From: an uncultured Desulfovibrio sp.
GTDB taxonomy: Bacteria > Desulfobacterota > Desulfovibrionia > Desulfovibrionales > Desulfovibrionaceae
Assembly: GCA_964635595.1 (NCBI GenBank)
Contig: CAZWOT010000001.1
Coordinates: 1-51,262, forward strand
Reading direction: 5' to 3'
Length of the DNA stretch: 51,262 bases
Position numbers and translations under genes: made by a program. Of this stretch, positions 48,991 through 51,262 are shown piece after piece. The notes below the pieces were generated by a model. The model saw only the letters and a list, made by a program, of their open reading frames with translations, ran no database searches and had not been told where the DNA came from. Position 1 is the first letter of the stretch. Each line of letters begins with the position of its first letter.

Positions 48991-49662
48991 TCAAAGGACG
49001 ATGTCCTGGCTTGCGAGGCGGAGGCCCGACACCAGGGGAAGAAGTCTGCCGGCAAGGGACATGGCCTCGTCCAGGGCCGGGGGCATGGAAAAGCAGTAGA
49101 GAACGAGCACGGCCGCCGTCGTCTCTTCGGTCACAAGGCAGCGCCTCGAGTCGCTCACGGGCGAGCCGAAGGGACCCTTGCCGTCGCAAAGGACGGGGAT
49201 GCCCCGCAGGGGCACGCTGCCCTTGCCGATGCCTTCATAGGTCTCGTCCCCGCCGCCCACGGCAAGGGACACGTCCGACTCGATGCGGGAGAGGTCGTAG
49301 CTTCCGCAGGGCAGGCCGGAGACGAGGGAGAGGACATTGTTGAAGTCCACGAGGGCGTTGATTTGCGGAAGCTCCTTTCCCTGGCGAAGCCTGCGCGCGA
49401 GGGCCTCGGAGGAGGCGCGATGGCGGCCGGGTTCAGCGCCAAGCGACTTCAATGCCGCCCTTGCCTCGGACACGTTTTTCCATTCCGAGGGAGGCAGGGC
49501 CTCGAGACGGGCCTTCGTCTCCTTCGCAAGACAGTTTGCGAAATGCTCGTGCAGGGCACTTGCGCTTGCGCCCCTGTCCATTTCGAGATGGAGCAGCCCA
49601 AGCGAGACGCTTGCTGCGCGCTCCTTGAGAGATGGATTGATGGAAAAACGGGGCAGGGACAT
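48991..49662 (-). CDS. Stand-alone B3/4 domain protein (PheRS-beta-related)
   Basis: R.SSEALARR, INALVD.NN.LSL, G.YDL, YEGIG, GPFGSPVSDS. Confidence 0.85.
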   Translation of the reverse strand: MSLPRFSINPSLKERAASVSLGLLHLEMDRGASASALHEHFANCLAKETKARLEALPPSEWKNVSEARAALKSLGAEPGRHRASSEALARRLRQGKELPQINALVDFNNVLSLVSGLPCGSYDLSRIESDVSLAVGGGDETYEGIGKGSVPLRGIPVLCDGKGPFGSPVSDSRRCLVTEETTAAVLVLYCFSMPPALDEAMSLAGRLLPLVSGLRLASQDIVL

Positions 49663-50484
49663 GGAAAACGCTCGTGACTGCAAGGGCCGGGTCAAGGCGA
49701 CGGCATGACTTGCAAATGCGTGCGGCCGTGCCTGCCTTGCCTTGATGATGGGGCTCTTTCGTTGACGGGCCCAAAGTATGCGAAAAGACGGCATCCGGGC
49801 AAGGGAGAAGGCCGAGGCTCATGCCGGAAAGAGACGTGAATTTCCCGTCTCTTCCTTGGCGAAGGCGTGACGCTTGTCACGGAAATCGACGTATGCGACG
49901 CTCGGCGTGAATGTTGCCACGGACAACGAATATGTCTGCTCTTTCCCGTAGACCAGATTCAAGTGCAACCCCTTGTGGCGGTGGGCATTTCCCGCTGGCT
50001 CAAGCATGCGCTGCACGCCCCCTCTTGCCTTCGCGGCTTCAGCTTTACAAGGCCAAGCCTACGGCGCTCCGCAGTTCCCCTGCTCCGCGGCCTCGTAAAG
50101 CTTTGCGCGCTTCGTCCTGGGGAGCTACAGCGCAAGCTTGAGCCTCTCTACGCGAAGAGAAAATTGATGGAAAGTGGCTCTGGGGCCCCCCTGCCACGAT
50201 TGCGCTTGATTCTGGAATTCGCGTTCATGATTCAGGAGGTTTATGAGGCATGCGCACAAAAGCCGACAAAAGAAAGCCTTGTGCTGCTCATGGTTTTCTT
50301 CAAGAGAACCAGCTTTTCAGGTAGCGGGCAAGCAACGTTGTTTCAAGGGAATGGCTCTTCACGTTGCGGGCAAAGAATACGCAAGAACAGAGCAATAGAC
50401 AAATGCAACTGGACAGAGCGGGCAACATCGTATACCGTTCGCATGCCAACAGGCCAGTTTTCGTTTTTTCAGGAGGAAAGTTTC

Positions 50485-50874
50485 GTGTCAAATACGGATA
50501 TCATGCAGCAGGCATTGGAAATTGCCCGCGCCCAGGCCAGCGTGCGCCCCATGACCGCGGCCGAGATCGGCAACTACGTGCGCGATCTCGCCCAGCAGCT
50601 CGAGGCGGCCATGTCTCCGGAGGAGGCTCCCCAGCTGCCTGCCGTGGAGCCCAGGCACTCCATAGGCGAGACCTATGTGACCTGCCTCGAGTGCGGCAAG
50701 AAGTTCAAGGTGATGGGCAGCCGCCACCTGAAGACCCACGGCCTCACCGCCAAGGAATACAAGGCCAAGTGGGGCATCAAGAAGGACGCCTCCCTCGCCG
50801 CCAAAAGCCTCGTGCGCATGCGCCGCAAGAAGATGCAGGACATGCGCCTGTGGGAGCGCAAGGGGACGAGGTAG
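50485..50874 (+). CDS. MucR/Ros-family zinc-finger regulator
   Basis: AGGAGG RBS and GTG start. CLECGKKFK...RHL..HGLT..EYK.KWG motif. Confidence 0.92.
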   Translation: MSNTDIMQQALEIARAQASVRPMTAAEIGNYVRDLAQQLEAAMSPEEAPQLPAVEPRHSIGETYVTCLECGKKFKVMGSRHLKTHGLTAKEYKAKWGIKKDASLAAKSLVRMRRKKMQDMRLWERKGTR

Positions 50875-51262
50875 TCTCCTCTCCTGCCGCCACCCCTTTG
50901 CCCGGGGAGGTCAATGCATTTTGGTCCTGCCCAGTTCCGGGTCTGGGGATTTTCTTCGAGAGGCCTTTTGCGCACTGTGCGAGCCCGGGCCGCGAATTGC
51001 CCGCGGCCGATGAAAGGCAGTTCGTACAGAGGCTTCAGGCAGACAGGGCACGGGCTTGAGGCGGACTTTGCGCGACGCTCCAATTGTTTGCCCCCGTTCA
51101 CCCGCGTGACGACATGCGAGGGATGAGCGGGGGCTCTTTTTTTGCGCCGGACCAATTTGTCCGGTCCCTCTTTCGTGAATTTTCCTAAAAACGGTACGCA
51201 CACGCTCAAAAAATCTAAAAATTCTCTCCCTTCTCTCTAGGGCAACAGCTTAAAATAATTAG

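Noticed and set aside
50234-50398. Small ORFs after AGGAGG upstream of the MucR gene
   Set aside because: Poor SD spacing, atypical codon usage and no recognisable motif.

Overview
GC-rich chromosomal segment, most likely from a Desulfovibrionaceae sulfate/sulfite reducer (nine-heme cytochrome Nhc operon, hypC, selA, MucR). The left ~12.7 kb is an apparently complete organosulfonate catabolic unit for 2,3-dihydroxypropane-1-sulfonate (DHPS): suyA-suyB-hpsO-hpsP, a 5-gene NitT/TauT-type ABC importer and hpsN, with a sigma-54 promoter and a divergent GAF/AAA+ activator. The middle and right are mostly housekeeping (ybgF, lspA, ileS, hypC, nhcABCD, TSUP, miaA, coaD, rsmD, beta-CASP nuclease, LOG, tadA, glycerate kinase, hisB, tatBC, mntP, M18 peptidase, selA, folC, tRNA-Arg, EamA, B3/4, MucR). 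Most unusual: a tandem-duplicated ~321-bp unit at 40.55-41.18 kb whose 145-nt core is 100% identical between copies and is framed by an ECF-type promoter and an intrinsic terminator (candidate undescribed sRNA); a yybP-ykoY-like motif on the strand opposite to mntP; a two-domain tandem CoaD; a beta-carbonic anhydrase pseudogene lacking its catalytic CSDSR motif; an orphan BMC shell gene; and short tandem repeats seeded on stop codons or an RBS. All calls come from motif recognition by eye; no database searches were run.
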